A stretch of DNA of 62,421 nucleotides from an uncultured Lachnospiraceae bacterium. Its GTDB lineage: Bacteria > Bacillota > Clostridia > Oscillospirales > CAG-272. The notes under the pieces were generated by a model. That model saw nothing but the letters and a program-made list of their open reading frames with translations, was not told the DNA's origin and made no database searches. Every line of letters begins with the position of its first letter. Position 1 is the stretch's first letter. Positions 18,229-29,630 of this stretch are shown here, one piece after another. The position numbers were made by a program, and so were the translations under genes. The stretch spans positions 1 through 62,421 of the forward strand of contig CAZRVL010000005.1 of the NCBI GenBank assembly GCA_964603455.1, in the 5' to 3' direction.

Positions 18229-20997
18229 TCATATTTCCTTCATTCCGCAGCATTTTTTATACTTTTTACCGCTTCCGCAAGGACAGGGATCGTTTCTTCC
18301 GACCTTCTTAACTGTCTTTCCATCGGCACTGACTATACCGCTCTGAGCGGAAGAACCAGATCTTACGGGATGTGATTCACCGCCCGCAAAGCCCTCTCTG
18401 GTGGCTGTTGCGACTGCTTCACGCTTTATCTCCTGAGGACGCGGCATGACCGAAAGGATCATGCGCATAGTGTCCTCACGTATCTGTGCAACCATGTCAT
18501 CAAACATATCCGCACCTGTGAAGCGATATTCGTTTATGGGATTGCGTTGAGCATATGCCTGAAGACCTATAGAACCGCGTAGATCGTCCATCGCGTCTAT
18601 ATGGTTCATCCAGTTCGTATCTACTGAACGGAGAAGCACAACACGCTCGATCTCGCGCATCTGTTCGCCGAAGATCTTCTCCTTCGATTCATAGAGCGCA
18701 TTTGCACGATCGTGGAAAAGCTTCTTTATATCATCACGCCTGAGGCTCTTAAGCTCCTCCTCGGAATATTTCAGATCATCAGCATTGCAGAGCAGACCGA
18801 AGAAATAGTTTCTTATTCCGTCGATATTCCATTCAGTCGGATTTTCAGAAACAGTATGAAGGTCGATCGTGCTGTCTATAGTCTCATCGACCATCTTGTG
18901 AACTGTAGCACTTATGTCAGCACCGTCAATGACCTCACGTCTCTGCTTATAGATTATAGTTCTCTGCTGATTCATTACATCGTCATAGTTGAGGACTGTC
19001 TTTCTGCGCTGGAAGTTCTGATCCTCAAGACGCTTCTGAGCACCCTCGATAGCATTCGAAAGTATAGCTGCATCTATCGGCTGATCCTCTTCGAGTCCAA
19101 GCTTATCGACCGCACCCATAACGCGCTCACTGCCGAACAAACGCATCAGATCGTCTTCAAGTGACAAGAAGAATCTCGACTCACCGGGATCTCCCTGTCG
19201 TCCGGAACGTCCGCGAAGCTGATTGTCTATTCTTCGGCTCTCATGACGCTCTGTTCCGAGAATGAACAGACCGCCTGCCGCTCTTACCTTCTCAGCCTCG
19301 GGAGCGATCTCCTCCTTATGCTTTGCAAGAGCCTCCTTGTATTCCTCGCGTGCCTTAAGAACAGTCTCATCAACATCGCTCGATGAGCCTGTGGCAAGTG
19401 CTATCACAGCTTCCTCGTAGCCTGCCTTGCGAAGATCGTTCTTAGCCAAAAACTCCGCATTTCCGCCTAGCATAATATCGGTTCCGCGTCCCGCCATATT
19501 TGTCGAGATCGTTACCGCTCCGAGCTTACCTGCCTGAGCTACTATCTCAGCTTCCTTTTCGTGATACTTCGCATTCAAAACGGTATGCGGAATACCCGAA
19601 AGCTTGAGCTTATTGGAGAGCTCCTCGGATTTTTCGATCGACACAGTACCTACGAGCACCGGCTGTCCTTTTTCGTGGCACTTCTTTATCTGCTCAACTA
19701 TCGCATTGTACTTTCCGTTGATAGTCTTATAGACCACATCACTCTGATCCATTCTTATCATCGGCTTGTTGGTCGGTATCTCAACAACATCGAGCGAATA
19801 TATCTCTCTGAATTCGTTTTCTTCAGTAAGAGCAGTACCGGTCATACCCGACAGCTTTTTGTACAGACGGAAGAAATTCTGGAAGGTGATAGTTGCCAGA
19901 GTCTTCGTTTCCTTCTGAATATTTACGCGCTCCTTGGCTTCTATTGCCTGGTGAAGTCCATCCGAATAGCGTCGTCCGGGCATTATACGTCCGGTAAATT
20001 CATCAACTATCAGGACTTCTCCGTCTTTTACGATATAGTTCACATCACGCTGCATCGAGCCGTGTGCTTGGATAGCCTTATTTATATGGTGCGATATTGT
20101 CGAGTTTTCGGGGTCTGAAAGGTTTGCGAGTCCGAAAAACTCCTCAGCCTTCTTGATTCCGCTCGGAGTAAGTGTGACGTTCTTAGCCTTTTCGTCAACT
20201 ATATAATCCGCGTCAATATCTTCATTGAGCTCCTTATCATCGAGCTCCTTTATAACATATTTTTTGAGAGTTCTGACGAATTTGTCCGCACGGTCATATA
20301 AATCGGTCGATTTTTCTCCTGCGCCCGAAATTATGAGCGGAGTTCTCGCCTCATCTATGAGTATCGAGTCAACCTCGTCAACTATCGCAAAAGCATGACC
20401 ACGCTGAACTAACTGCTCCTTGTAGTTGACCATGTTGTCACGCAGATAGTCGAAGCCGAACTCATTATTCGTGCCATAGGTTATATCGGCATTATAGGCA
20501 CGCTGCTTCGCCTCCTTGGACTGATCATGGACAACAAGACCGGTGGTGAGACCCAAAAATCCGTATACCTTGCCCATTTCCTCGCTGTCACGTCTTGCAA
20601 GGTAATCATTTACCGTTACGACATGAACGCCTTCGCCTGTAAGCGCATTGAGATATGCCGGAAGAGTTGCGACAAGAGTCTTACCTTCACCGGTCTTCAT
20701 CTCGGCAATACGACCCTGATGGAGGATTATTCCGCCGATGAGCTGAACTCTGAACGGACGTTTTCCGAGAACACGATCTGCTGCCTCGCGTACCGTTGCG
20801 AATGCATCGGGAAGAATATCGTCAAGTGTCTCGATTCCAGCGAGTCTCGCTTTGAGCTTATCGGTCATTTGGCGAAGCTCATCGTCGCTCATCGCCTTGT
20901 AGGTCGGTGCAAGAGACTCTATTTTATCAACTATCGGCAGTACTTTTTTGACCTGCCGCTGACTGTAGGTTCCGATTATTTTATCAATTAATCCCAT
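18229..20997 (-). CDS. secA: Preprotein translocase ATPase SecA
   Basis: [52 protein letters not shown]-terminal [18 protein letters not shown]. Confidence 0.98.
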   Translation of the reverse strand: MGLIDKIIGTYSQRQVKKVLPIVDKIESLAPTYKAMSDDELRQMTDKLKARLAGIETLDDILPDAFATVREAADRVLGKRPFRVQLIGGIILHQGRIAEMKTGEGKTLVATLPAYLNALTGEGVHVVTVNDYLARRDSEEMGKVYGFLGLTTGLVVHDQSKEAKQRAYNADITYGTNNEFGFDYLRDNMVNYKEQLVQRGHAFAIVDEVDSILIDEARTPLIISGAGEKSTDLYDRADKFVRTLKKYVIKELDDKELNEDIDADYIVDEKAKNVTLTPSGIKKAEEFFGLANLSDPENSTISHHINKAIQAHGSMQRDVNYIVKDGEVLIVDEFTGRIMPGRRYSDGLHQAIEAKERVNIQKETKTLATITFQNFFRLYKKLSGMTGTALTEENEFREIYSLDVVEIPTNKPMIRMDQSDVVYKTINGKYNAIVEQIKKCHEKGQPVLVGTVSIEKSEELSNKLKLSGIPHTVLNAKYHEKEAEIVAQAGKLGAVTISTNMAGRGTDIMLGGNAEFLAKNDLRKAGYEEAVIALATGSSSDVDETVLKAREEYKEALAKHKEEIAPEAEKVRAAGGLFILGTERHESRRIDNQLRGRSGRQGDPGESRFFLSLEDDLMRLFGSERVMGAVDKLGLEEDQPIDAAILSNAIEGAQKRLEDQNFQRRKTVLNYDDVMNQQRTIIYKQRREVIDGADISATVHKMVDETIDSTIDLHTVSENPTEWNIDGIRNYFFGLLCNADDLKYSEEELKSLRRDDIKKLFHDRANALYESKEKIFGEQMREIERVVLLRSVDTNWMNHIDAMDDLRGSIGLQAYAQRNPINEYRFTGADMFDDMVAQIREDTMRMILSVMPRPQEIKREAVATATREGFAGGESHPVRSGSSAQSGIVSADGKTVKKVGRNDPCPCGSGKKYKKCCGMKEI

Positions 20998-21192
20998 AAT
21001 GATTTATCTATCTCCGTATCTGATTAGTCCGCAAAGTATCGTTGCGGCATACTTAATTATATTATACTACATTATCGGGAAAAAAGATATAAATATTTGT
21101 AAATTTTTAGGTCTAAGATGAAAATTTGATATAAAACATATTATAAATCATCAAATAGCCTTGTCTTAAAAATTCGATCAAATAATCAAAAG

Positions 21193-21224
21193 AAAAGCTG
21201 CCGTAAAAATACAGCAGCTTTTTT
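21193..21224 (-). terminator. Intrinsic terminator ending the nusB-metY operon
   Basis: AAAAGCTGC...GCAGCTTTT. Confidence 0.7.
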
Positions 21225-21228
21225 GAGA

Positions 21229-22500
21229 TCATATTCTTTCGAGTGCCTGGTCAATATCTGAGATTATGTCTTCGACATCCTCGATTCCGACCGAAAGTCT
21301 GATAAGATCGGGAGTTACTCCGGCATCGAGAAGCTGTTCATCGGTCATCTGACGGTGAGTCGTGCTTGCCGGATGGAGAAGGCAGGTACGTGCATCGGCA
21401 ACATGAGTTACGATAGCTCCGAGCTTGAGACTATCCATGAACTTTACTGCGTCATCGCGAGTTCCCTTTACCCCGAACGAGATAACGCCGCAGGAACCCT
21501 TGGGGAGATATTTCTTTGCAAGCTCATAATACTTGTTCGATTCGAGATCGGGATAATTGACCCACGACACCTTCGAATGTCCTTCGAGATGCTTAGCAAC
21601 GGTAAGTGCATTCGAGCAATGACGTTCCATACGCAAAGCAAGCGTCTCAAGTCCGAGATTGAGCAGGAATGCGTTCTGCGGTGCGGTTATCGAGCCGAGA
21701 TCACGCATGAGCTGTGCAGTTGCCTTAGTGATGAAGCCTGCCTTGCCGAAGTCCTTTGCATATGTAACACCGTGATAAGATTCATCGGGAGTGGTCATTC
21801 CCGGATATTTATCCGCATGAGCCATCCAGTCGAAATTTCCGCTGTCGATTATCGCACCGCCAACAGAGGTAGCATGACCATCCATATACTTTGTTGTCGA
21901 ATGTGTTACTATGTCTGCGCCGAATTTGAACGGATTGCAGTTTATCGGAGTCGGAAAGGTATTGTCTACGATAAGCGGAACACCATGTGCATGAGCCTGA
22001 CGTGCAAACTTTTCTATATCGAGAACTACCAGTGCGGGATTTGCGAGAGTTTCGGCAAAGACAGCCTTAGTATTCGGTCGAAAGGCTGCGGCAAGCTCAT
22101 CCTCGGACACATCGGGATGAAGGAATGTAGCCTCTATGCCCATTCTCTTCATAGTGACGGCGATGAGGTTGAAGCTTCCTCCGTATATAGCCGATGATGC
22201 AACGATATGATCTCCGGCACCACATATATTGAAGAGCGAATAGAAGGTTGCGGCCTGTCCTGAGGATGTGAGCATAGCCGCAGCTCCGCCTTCGAGCTCA
22301 CATATCTTCGCAGCTACTGCATCGTTCGTCGGATTCTGCAAACGGGTATAGAAATATCCGCTCTCAGAGAGATCGAAAAGCCGTCCCATCTGCTCGCTCG
22401 ACTCATACTTGAAGGTCGTGGACTGATAGATAGGAAGTACTCGCGGTTCTCCGTTCTTCGGCTGATAACCGCCCTGGACACATGTTGTGTTCTTTTTCAT
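21229..22500 (-). CDS. metY: O-acetylhomoserine sulfhydrylase (Cys/Met PLP-dependent enzyme)
   Basis: YTRLQNPT, SSGQAA, DNTF, HSTTKY, HPASTTH, IRLSVGIE. Confidence 0.9.
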   Translation of the reverse strand: MKKNTTCVQGGYQPKNGEPRVLPIYQSTTFKYESSEQMGRLFDLSESGYFYTRLQNPTNDAVAAKICELEGGAAAMLTSSGQAATFYSLFNICGAGDHIVASSAIYGGSFNLIAVTMKRMGIEATFLHPDVSEDELAAAFRPNTKAVFAETLANPALVVLDIEKFARQAHAHGVPLIVDNTFPTPINCNPFKFGADIVTHSTTKYMDGHATSVGGAIIDSGNFDWMAHADKYPGMTTPDESYHGVTYAKDFGKAGFITKATAQLMRDLGSITAPQNAFLLNLGLETLALRMERHCSNALTVAKHLEGHSKVSWVNYPDLESNKYYELAKKYLPKGSCGVISFGVKGTRDDAVKFMDSLKLGAIVTHVADARTCLLHPASTTHRQMTDEQLLDAGVTPDLIRLSVGIEDVEDIISDIDQALERI

Positions 22501-22527
22501 AAATTTTCCCTTTCTTAATGCTTTAAT

Positions 22528-23457
22528 TTATTTTTTACCTGAGCCGGCCGCTCCGCCGACTATCTTTTTGAGTCGGTGATTTACCCCGGATTTGGTTATC
22601 GGAGGATCATGCAGAGCCGCAAGCTCGGATAATGTCGCGTCAAAATGCTCAAGTCTGAGCATAGCTGTGATCTGAAGCTCTTCGGGCATTTTCGAGAGCT
22701 CTCCTGATGCCTTCAAGGCATTTATTGCAGCGATCTGATCACCGGCAGCAGCAACTGTCTTTCCGAGATTTGCCAGCTCGCCGTTTGCTATTCGGTTAGC
22801 TTCACTTCGAAGCTCACGCTCGATCTTTTTATTCATTATGGTAAATGCCGCAGTGTTTGCACCTATGTAGGCAAGGAAATTTTCAATATTTTCGCTGTCC
22901 TTGTAATAAAGGACATATTCATTTTTACGCTGCATGGATTTTGGTTCAAGCTCGATCTCACACAAAAGTGTTGAAAGCTCTCGTGCAAGCTCTTCGGATG
23001 TTAGGCTCATCTCAAGATGATAGCTTTTATCCGGATTGGTCACAGTTCCGACCGACAAAAACACGCCGCGAACAAATGCCGCTCGGCAATTCTGACACTT
23101 GAACATATCCCGGTTTATATCCGAAAGTGGCTGCTCTGACAGATATTTTAAAGCATGGAACAGATGTTCAAGCTCCTTTTTTTGAGGTATCGTGATCTTG
23201 CTTACCCGACGCTCGTCCTCATCCCCGCTCTTGCGGTCGGTGACATACAAATTTCCTGTGACCGAATATAAACCGCGCAGCCAGTTTACAACAAGCTCCG
23301 CAAGCTCTGGTGAAGTAGTAACGAGCTTGCATTTTGTTCGCGTAAACACTCCTGCTGAAAAAAGTATACCGTACAGCACAGCTCTTTTGCAGCATTCGTG
23401 CTTCATAGTCTCGGACAGATTCACAAGTCCGAGCTTGGTTTCGTGAGAAAATGACAT
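22528..23457 (-). CDS. whiA: DNA-binding protein WhiA
   Basis: MSFS..TK, RGVFL, P.KSYHLE, NR..N.ELAN, TKSGVNHRL. Confidence 0.93.
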   Translation of the reverse strand: MSFSHETKLGLVNLSETMKHECCKRAVLYGILFSAGVFTRTKCKLVTTSPELAELVVNWLRGLYSVTGNLYVTDRKSGDEDERRVSKITIPQKKELEHLFHALKYLSEQPLSDINRDMFKCQNCRAAFVRGVFLSVGTVTNPDKSYHLEMSLTSEELARELSTLLCEIELEPKSMQRKNEYVLYYKDSENIENFLAYIGANTAAFTIMNKKIERELRSEANRIANGELANLGKTVAAAGDQIAAINALKASGELSKMPEELQITAMLRLEHFDATLSELAALHDPPITKSGVNHRLKKIVGGAAGSGKK

Positions 23458-23458
23458 T

Positions 23459-24316
23459 TTATTTTGTTATATCGCGGTGGATAGTTATCGTTCGATAGCC
23501 GCATTCGCGAATATGCGCTGCCAAAGCCTCGGTTATCGCGACCGAACGGTGCTTTCCGCCGGTACAGCCTATCGCAATAATAAGCTGTGCCTTGCCTTCC
23601 TTTCCATATAATGGCAGAAGAAAATCTATCATATCATAAAGCTTCGCACAAAAATCCTTGGTCTCGTCATGCGAAAAGACAAAATCGCGCACCGGAGCCT
23701 CAAGCCCGGTATGCTCCTTAAGTTCATCATAGTAATACGGATTCGGGAAACATCTAACATCGAATACAAGATCGGCTTCAGATGCCGCGCCATGCTTAAA
23801 ACCGAATGACATACAGGTCACGAACATCTCATGGAGCGATCCGGTCTGAACTATGCCGGCAATTTTTTCCTTGAGCTGTGCGGTTGACAGCTTTGTGGTA
23901 TCGATTATATAATCTGCGCGTAGTCTGGCATATGAAAGCAGCTCTCGCTCACGTTTGAGTGCCTCGGTCATAGAAATACCGTCAGCCGCGACCAGTGGAT
24001 GCGAACGGCGCGTGTACTTATATCGGCTTATTATGACATCATCAGCACATTCCATGAAGACCGTGCGGCAATTAAAATTTTGTAATTTAAGCTCATCGAG
24101 CCTTGCAAACAAAGTCTCAAATTCGACCTCTCCGCGTATATCGACAACAAATGCGACCTTTCCCTGCTTTGCCGGAGTTGCTGAATATACCTCTGCAAAT
24201 TTCGGTATCAGCAGTGCCGGCATATTATCTATACAGTACCAACCGATGTCTTCGAGCGTATTCGCCGCTTGCGACTTTCCGGCACCCGACATTCCGGTAA
24301 TTATAAGAAATTCCAA
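23459..24316 (-). CDS. rapZ: RNase adapter RapZ (YvcJ)
   Basis: GMSGAGKS, DNMP, SFGFKHG, DVR..PNP, GCTGGKHRSV. Confidence 0.95.
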   Translation of the reverse strand: MEFLIITGMSGAGKSQAANTLEDIGWYCIDNMPALLIPKFAEVYSATPAKQGKVAFVVDIRGEVEFETLFARLDELKLQNFNCRTVFMECADDVIISRYKYTRRSHPLVAADGISMTEALKRERELLSYARLRADYIIDTTKLSTAQLKEKIAGIVQTGSLHEMFVTCMSFGFKHGAASEADLVFDVRCFPNPYYYDELKEHTGLEAPVRDFVFSHDETKDFCAKLYDMIDFLLPLYGKEGKAQLIIAIGCTGGKHRSVAITEALAAHIRECGYRTITIHRDITK

Positions 24317-24362
24317 TTTCCAAGCTCCTGTTTTTTATTTATACGCCGAATACAGATTCGGG

Positions 24363-25268
24363 TCATCCGACATATCTTATCTCACATTCGATCTCTCGAC
24401 CGAATTTTTCGTAGACCTCGCGCTTTATAATATCTACAAGGCGAAGCACATCATCAGATGAAGCACCGCCCAGATTTACAATAAAGCCGGAATGCTTTTC
24501 GGATACCTGCGCATTTCCGACTCTTCTTCCCTTGAGTCCGGCTTCTTCAATGAGCTTTGCGGTTATGAATCCGTTTCCGCGCTTAAAAACACTGCCCGCG
24601 CTCGGATATTCGAGCGGCTGCTTCTCGCGTCTCTGCGACATATACTGCTCCATTTTAGATACGATCTCATTCTTATCGCCCGACTCCAGTCTTATCACCG
24701 AAGAAAGCACTATCTTGCTCTCATCCATGTAAACGCTGTGACGATAAGCAAATTCATGCTCGATATTTGAATATTCGCCTATCGTTCCATTTTCGGTATC
24801 ATACCACCTGCTCGACAGTATGACATTTCCAAGCTCTCCGCCGTATGCACCAGCATTCATAAATATTCCGCCGCCGACACTTCCGGGAATGCCGTATGCA
24901 AATTCAAGTCCTGTAAGTGAATTTTCAGCTGCCAAGAATGCCAGTCTTGTAAGCGGAACGCCTGCATCGGCATATATTATATTCCCCTCGACCGAATATC
25001 CCTTCATTGATGAAAGCACTACTGCCGCTCCGTCAAAGCCCTTATCCGAAACAAGCACATTGCTTCCGTTTCCGAGTACGAGCGACTTTATGCCGAAGCT
25101 GCCGATCACGTCAAACACATCTATAGCCTGCTCCACAGTCTTCGGAAATATTATAAGTCTTGCATTTCCGCCGATCTTAAAGGTAGTGTATGCCGACAGA
25201 GGACGCTCCTCGGCATATTCGATATTTTTGCCTTCAAGCAATTTCGGAAGATTTTTTATATACATCAT
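24363..25268 (-). CDS. murB: UDP-N-acetylenolpyruvoylglucosamine reductase
   Basis: TTFKIGG, GNGSNVL, GIPGSVGG, MNAGAYG, QPLEYPSAGSVF. Confidence 0.96.
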   Translation of the reverse strand: MMYIKNLPKLLEGKNIEYAEERPLSAYTTFKIGGNARLIIFPKTVEQAIDVFDVIGSFGIKSLVLGNGSNVLVSDKGFDGAAVVLSSMKGYSVEGNIIYADAGVPLTRLAFLAAENSLTGLEFAYGIPGSVGGGIFMNAGAYGGELGNVILSSRWYDTENGTIGEYSNIEHEFAYRHSVYMDESKIVLSSVIRLESGDKNEIVSKMEQYMSQRREKQPLEYPSAGSVFKRGNGFITAKLIEEAGLKGRRVGNAQVSEKHSGFIVNLGGASSDDVLRLVDIIKREVYEKFGREIECEIRYVG

Positions 25269-26989
25269 GCCGTTCCTCCGTCCTTTGAAGTTATCATTGA
25301 GCCCTCATCGAGCATCTCACGCGCAGTCTCGATCAGCTTATCGGTTATATTTATACCGCCCATGATACGTGCGATCTCGCCGATTCTGCCGTCAATGTCA
25401 AGCGGCTTTACAGTGGTCGATATTCGTCCGTCCACCTCATCCTTTGCAATGAGGCAATGATTATCCGCAAGTGCGGCTATTTGAGCCGAATGAGTCACGC
25501 AAAGCACCTGAGAATTGCCGTTCCGAGCAAGCTCACGCAGCTTTATGCCGATCTTTTGCGAGGTCTTTCCGGAAACTCCGGTATCGACCTCATCAAATAT
25601 CAATGTTCCGAGATTGTCACGATCAGCCAAAACACTTTTTATCGCGAGCATTATTCTCGAAAGCTCACCGCCCGAAGCTATTTTTGCAAGCGGCTTCAGC
25701 GGTTCGCCCTTGTTCGTGGAGATCAAAAATTCCACATCATCGACACCGCGTCTCGAAAATTCACTTCCATTGTCTGTTTCGGCACGGCGTTTGACACCGG
25801 CTGAAAAGGATATTCCCTTCATATCGAGATAATCAAGCTCTTCGATTATCTTTTCTTCGAGCGAATGAGCAGCTTCGATCCTACGCTCGGAAAGTTCTGC
25901 GCCCTGAGCCGACAACAGCGGAAGAAGAGCTTCACGTTCGGCTATGCAGTCGGCTAATTTTTCCTCTGATGTTTCTATCGTTTCAAGCTCATTCTGAGCT
26001 TTTTCGAGGTATGCCAAAACATCGGGTATCGTGTCGCCGAACTTTCGTTCGAGCCGTGCTATCGTATCGAGCCTTGTTTCGAGCTTGTCGAGCATTTTCG
26101 TAGGATCTGTATCAGATTCGTCAGAAAACGCTTCAGCCGTGAGTGCAATATCCTCAAGCTCATAGGTTATTGCTTCGAGACGCGCCGAAAGTCCTTCCGC
26201 CTCCGGAATCACAGATGAAAGCGCATCAAGTGCATTCATCGAACGCTTTACTTTGTCAAGTGCCGCTGTTCCTTTATCATTCTGATAGAGCGCGCTGTAG
26301 ACCATTTTCGACAACTTAGCTATCTTTTCGCTGTTTTGGAGCTGAATGCGCTTTTGGTTCAGCTGTTCTTCCTCATCAGGTCTAAGCTTCGCCGACTGTA
26401 TCTCATCTATCTGAAACTTTAAAAATTCAACGCGCTGAGCCTTTTCACGTTCGTTTTTCGAAAGCTCTGCAATGCGTCTCGTCAATTCGCAGAATCGATC
26501 ATAATTCTTCTCATACGCTGAAAGCTCATAGGAAATTCCGGCATATTCGTCAAGTATACCAATATGCTTTTCCGGATCGAGCAGCGCGATATTGTCATGC
26601 TGACCGTGTATTCCGATAAGACAAGCCGCAGCCGATCTGAGCAGCGACATCGGAATTGTGCGTCCGTTTATTCTGACCGAGGATTTTCCCGAAAGACCTA
26701 TACTTCTTGTTATCATCAGCATAGAATCCTCATCAGGCGATATTCCGAGCTCAGACAGTTTATTTGAAGTATCCTGATCGAGCTCAAATATCGCAGATAC
26801 CTCAGCATTCTCCTCACCGCTCCGTATAAGCTCACGCGATTGCTTTGCCCCGAGTATCAAGCCTATACTGTCGATTATTATAGACTTACCCGCACCTGTC
26901 TCACCGGTCAAAACGGTAAAACCCTTCGAAAAGTCAATATCCGCCGATTTAATTACCGCAATATTTTCAATGTGAAGCGAAGTCAGCAT
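25265..26989 (-). CDS. recN: DNA repair protein RecN
   Basis: TGETGAGKS, ASGGELSR, LIFDEVDTG, VTH. Confidence 0.96.
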   Translation of the reverse strand: MLTSLHIENIAVIKSADIDFSKGFTVLTGETGAGKSIIIDSIGLILGAKQSRELIRSGEENAEVSAIFELDQDTSNKLSELGISPDEDSMLMITRSIGLSGKSSVRINGRTIPMSLLRSAAACLIGIHGQHDNIALLDPEKHIGILDEYAGISYELSAYEKNYDRFCELTRRIAELSKNEREKAQRVEFLKFQIDEIQSAKLRPDEEEQLNQKRIQLQNSEKIAKLSKMVYSALYQNDKGTAALDKVKRSMNALDALSSVIPEAEGLSARLEAITYELEDIALTAEAFSDESDTDPTKMLDKLETRLDTIARLERKFGDTIPDVLAYLEKAQNELETIETSEEKLADCIAEREALLPLLSAQGAELSERRIEAAHSLEEKIIEELDYLDMKGISFSAGVKRRAETDNGSEFSRRGVDDVEFLISTNKGEPLKPLAKIASGGELSRIMLAIKSVLADRDNLGTLIFDEVDTGVSGKTSQKIGIKLRELARNGNSQVLCVTHSAQIAALADNHCLIAKDEVDGRISTTVKPLDIDGRIGEIARIMGGINITDKLIETAREMLDEGSMITSKDGGTA

Positions 26990-27030
26990 AATATGACTAT
27001 CCTTTCCTCAATTATATTCGCAAAGCAGCT

Positions 27031-27489
27031 TCAAACGCGCTTTTCACAGATCTCTCGAAGGTCTGTTATAAGATTTGCGGCAGCTTCGTTCGTTCTCATT
27101 ACTATCATTATCGTATCATCTCCGGCAACGCTTCCGACAATATCATCACGCCCCATAGAATCGATAGCAAGTGCCGCTCCCTGAGCCATTCCCGAACAGG
27201 TCTTAACGACAGCTATATTGTTAGCACTGTCTATCCCTGTAACGGTCTCGACCAGAAGATTTCTGAACTTTGCACTGATATTTGTCTCCTCTCGGTGCGG
27301 TATCGCATATTTATACTTTCCGTCCGCGCCGGCGACCTTTACTAACTTGAGCTCACGAATATCGCGTGATATTGTCGCCTGCGTCACTATATAGCCCTTG
27401 TCTTGAAGTCTTGCCAGCAGCTCCTCCTGCGTCTCGATTTCATTTTCGCTTATCAGCGAGATTATCTCATTTTGTCGATTATATTTCAT
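27031..27489 (-). CDS. argR: Arginine repressor
   Basis: TQEEL, TQATISRDI, AGDDT. Start set at ATG 27489. Confidence 0.95.
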   Translation of the reverse strand: MKYNRQNEIISLISENEIETQEELLARLQDKGYIVTQATISRDIRELKLVKVAGADGKYKYAIPHREETNISAKFRNLLVETVTGIDSANNIAVVKTCSGMAQGAALAIDSMGRDDIVGSVAGDDTIMIVMRTNEAAANLITDLREICEKRV

Positions 27490-27510
27490 CAATATTTCTC
27501 CCACACAATC

Positions 27511-28362
27511 TCATATCTCAGCCATTTTATGCCGCAGTATCTCGTAAAATCCACCGTCTTTAAGCCTTATGAACTTAACTCTCATCGGAGAACATCCGAT
27601 CTTGACGCTTTCGCCCGAAGCCAATTCACATACCTCGCACCCATCGACGCAAAGAGTCAATTTTTCATCTCCGCGAGTCACATTTCGAAGCTCCAAAACC
27701 GAGTCAGCCGAAAATACTATCGGAGTTGCATTCAGAGAATGCGAGCATATCGGTGTAGCTATCACAGCATCCATTCTCGGATCGACTACCGCTCCTCCCG
27801 CAGAAAGCGAGTATGCTGTAGAGCCTGTCGGAGTGGAGATTATAAGTCCGTCCGCACGATAACGGTTCACCGGCTTTGAATCGCAAAAAAGCTCTATCTC
27901 CACCATTCTGAAAAGCGACTTTCCGCCGAGCACCGCATCATTCAAGGCAAAGGATTCCGAACCGTATTCGACTCTCAATGTCATCCTTTCGTCTATATGA
28001 AAATCTCCGCTTATCAGATCTTCGAGCATATCAAGCTCACTCATCTCTATCTCCGCCATATATCCGACTCTTCCGAGATTTATGCCGAGCAGAGGGACTC
28101 CGAACGGCGCACAATGTCTTGCTGCTTCGAGTATAGTACCGTCTCCGCCGAGAACTATCATTGCATCCGGCTTTTTGCTGAGCACCTCATCAGATACGAA
28201 GCTTATTCCCGAAATATCACCGAGCTCAGCTCTTAGAATCTCTTTCATCAGAATATCCACATCACAGCGTTTGAGCGCATATATCACTTCGCGCACGTTG
28301 TCATGCTTCGGGTCTTTATCTGAATTTGGATATATCCCGACCGTTTTGAGCCGCGAATACAT
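27511..28362 (-). CDS. nadK: NAD(+) kinase
   Basis: GGDGT, GINLG, ALND, TPTGSTAYSLSAGG. Start ATG 28362 after AAAGGAG. Confidence 0.93.
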   Translation of the reverse strand: MYSRLKTVGIYPNSDKDPKHDNVREVIYALKRCDVDILMKEILRAELGDISGISFVSDEVLSKKPDAMIVLGGDGTILEAARHCAPFGVPLLGINLGRVGYMAEIEMSELDMLEDLISGDFHIDERMTLRVEYGSESFALNDAVLGGKSLFRMVEIELFCDSKPVNRYRADGLIISTPTGSTAYSLSAGGAVVDPRMDAVIATPICSHSLNATPIVFSADSVLELRNVTRGDEKLTLCVDGCEVCELASGESVKIGCSPMRVKFIRLKDGGFYEILRHKMAEI

Positions 28363-28390
28363 AATTCTCACTCCTTTAAAAAATATCGGA

Positions 28391-29161
28391 TCACGAAAAA
28401 ACTGTTTTTGCAACGGACTTTGCATCAAATCCGCCGTTGCAGCCGAATAGCGCGAGATATTCGCGGTTTCCGTCTCCTCCTTCTATCGGAGACACGGTAA
28501 GCCCTTCGCAAAGCAAAGAATATTCTGCCGCGAATGCTATTATCTTTTCTATGACCTTGATATGATCGTTTCTATCGCGGACTATGCCGTGCTTGTCTAA
28601 AGCAGATCGTCCGGCTTCGAACTGCGGCTTTATCAGCGCAACGAATTTTCCTTCATCACGAAGTATCGCTCTCACTGTCGGGATTATGAGCGTAAGCGAA
28701 ATAAACGACACATCACATACGACCATGCCGCATTTTCCACCTATGTCATCAGCCGTCATATACCTAGCATTCATTCCTTCATATGATTTTACACGCACAT
28801 CCTCGGCTATTTTTTGGGCAAGCTGAGAACGCCCGACATCGACACACCTTATGCTTGCAGCTCCGCGTTGGAGCATACAATCGCTAAATCCGCCGGTAGA
28901 TGCACCAATATCTACAGCATCGATCCCATTGACATCGAGTTCGAATTCATCGAGCGCACGCTCCAACTTAAGTCCGCCGCGGCTCACATATTTAAGATCG
29001 TCAGTGACCTCTATCTCGGGCGGACACGCTTCATCGATCTGCTCGGAAGCTTTTTTGACAGCTCTCCCATCGATCATGACCGCGCCTTCCTTTATCAATC
29101 TTTGAGCTGTTTCGCGGCTCTTTACAAGTCCGCTTTTTGAAAGATATACATCAAGTCTCAT
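28391..29161 (-). CDS. tlyA: TlyA-family rRNA (cytidine-2'-O)-methyltransferase
   Basis: S4 domain MRLD, YVSRGGLKL, DIGASTGGF, DVSFISL, LIKPQFE, GNRE. Confidence 0.95.
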   Translation of the reverse strand: MRLDVYLSKSGLVKSRETAQRLIKEGAVMIDGRAVKKASEQIDEACPPEIEVTDDLKYVSRGGLKLERALDEFELDVNGIDAVDIGASTGGFSDCMLQRGAASIRCVDVGRSQLAQKIAEDVRVKSYEGMNARYMTADDIGGKCGMVVCDVSFISLTLIIPTVRAILRDEGKFVALIKPQFEAGRSALDKHGIVRDRNDHIKVIEKIIAFAAEYSLLCEGLTVSPIEGGDGNREYLALFGCNGGFDAKSVAKTVFS

Positions 29162-29162
29162 T

Positions 29163-29615
29163 TTAAAACACCGGAACGAATATCGGTATCAGAATGCCGA
29201 ACAATGCTCCCATAAGTACCTGGAGCGGAGTATGACCGATAAGCTCCTTCAAATGCTTTTCGAGATAACGAGTCTCACCCTTTGAAAGATCGTCCGCTAT
29301 CTTATTAAGCACCTTTGCCTGCTCACCTGCCGCACGTCTGACACCTGCCGCATCATACATGACTATGAATGCCAGAACGAATGCCAACGCAAAGGCTATT
29401 GATTTCGTTCCGTATAGCTTTGCGGTCGCTATGACCATCGAGCATACCGTCGCAGAATGAGATGACGGCATTCCTCCCGAAGCCATTATCACCGAAAAGC
29501 TGAAGGAATGATTTTTTGCCACATAGGCTATACATTTTATGAACTGTGCGCCGAACCATCCGATGAACGCGCAGACCAACACGTAATTCGTAAAAAATCC
29601 TTTAATATAATCCAT
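29163..29615 (-). CDS. Divergent PAP2 family membrane protein (DUF212)
   Basis: SGGMPSSHS, VMYDAAGVR, LKELIGHTP. Confidence 0.9.
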   Translation of the reverse strand: MDYIKGFFTNYVLVCAFIGWFGAQFIKCIAYVAKNHSFSFSVIMASGGMPSSHSATVCSMVIATAKLYGTKSIAFALAFVLAFIVMYDAAGVRRAAGEQAKVLNKIADDLSKGETRYLEKHLKELIGHTPLQVLMGALFGILIPIFVPVF

Positions 29616-29630
29616 TATCTGTGATATTCC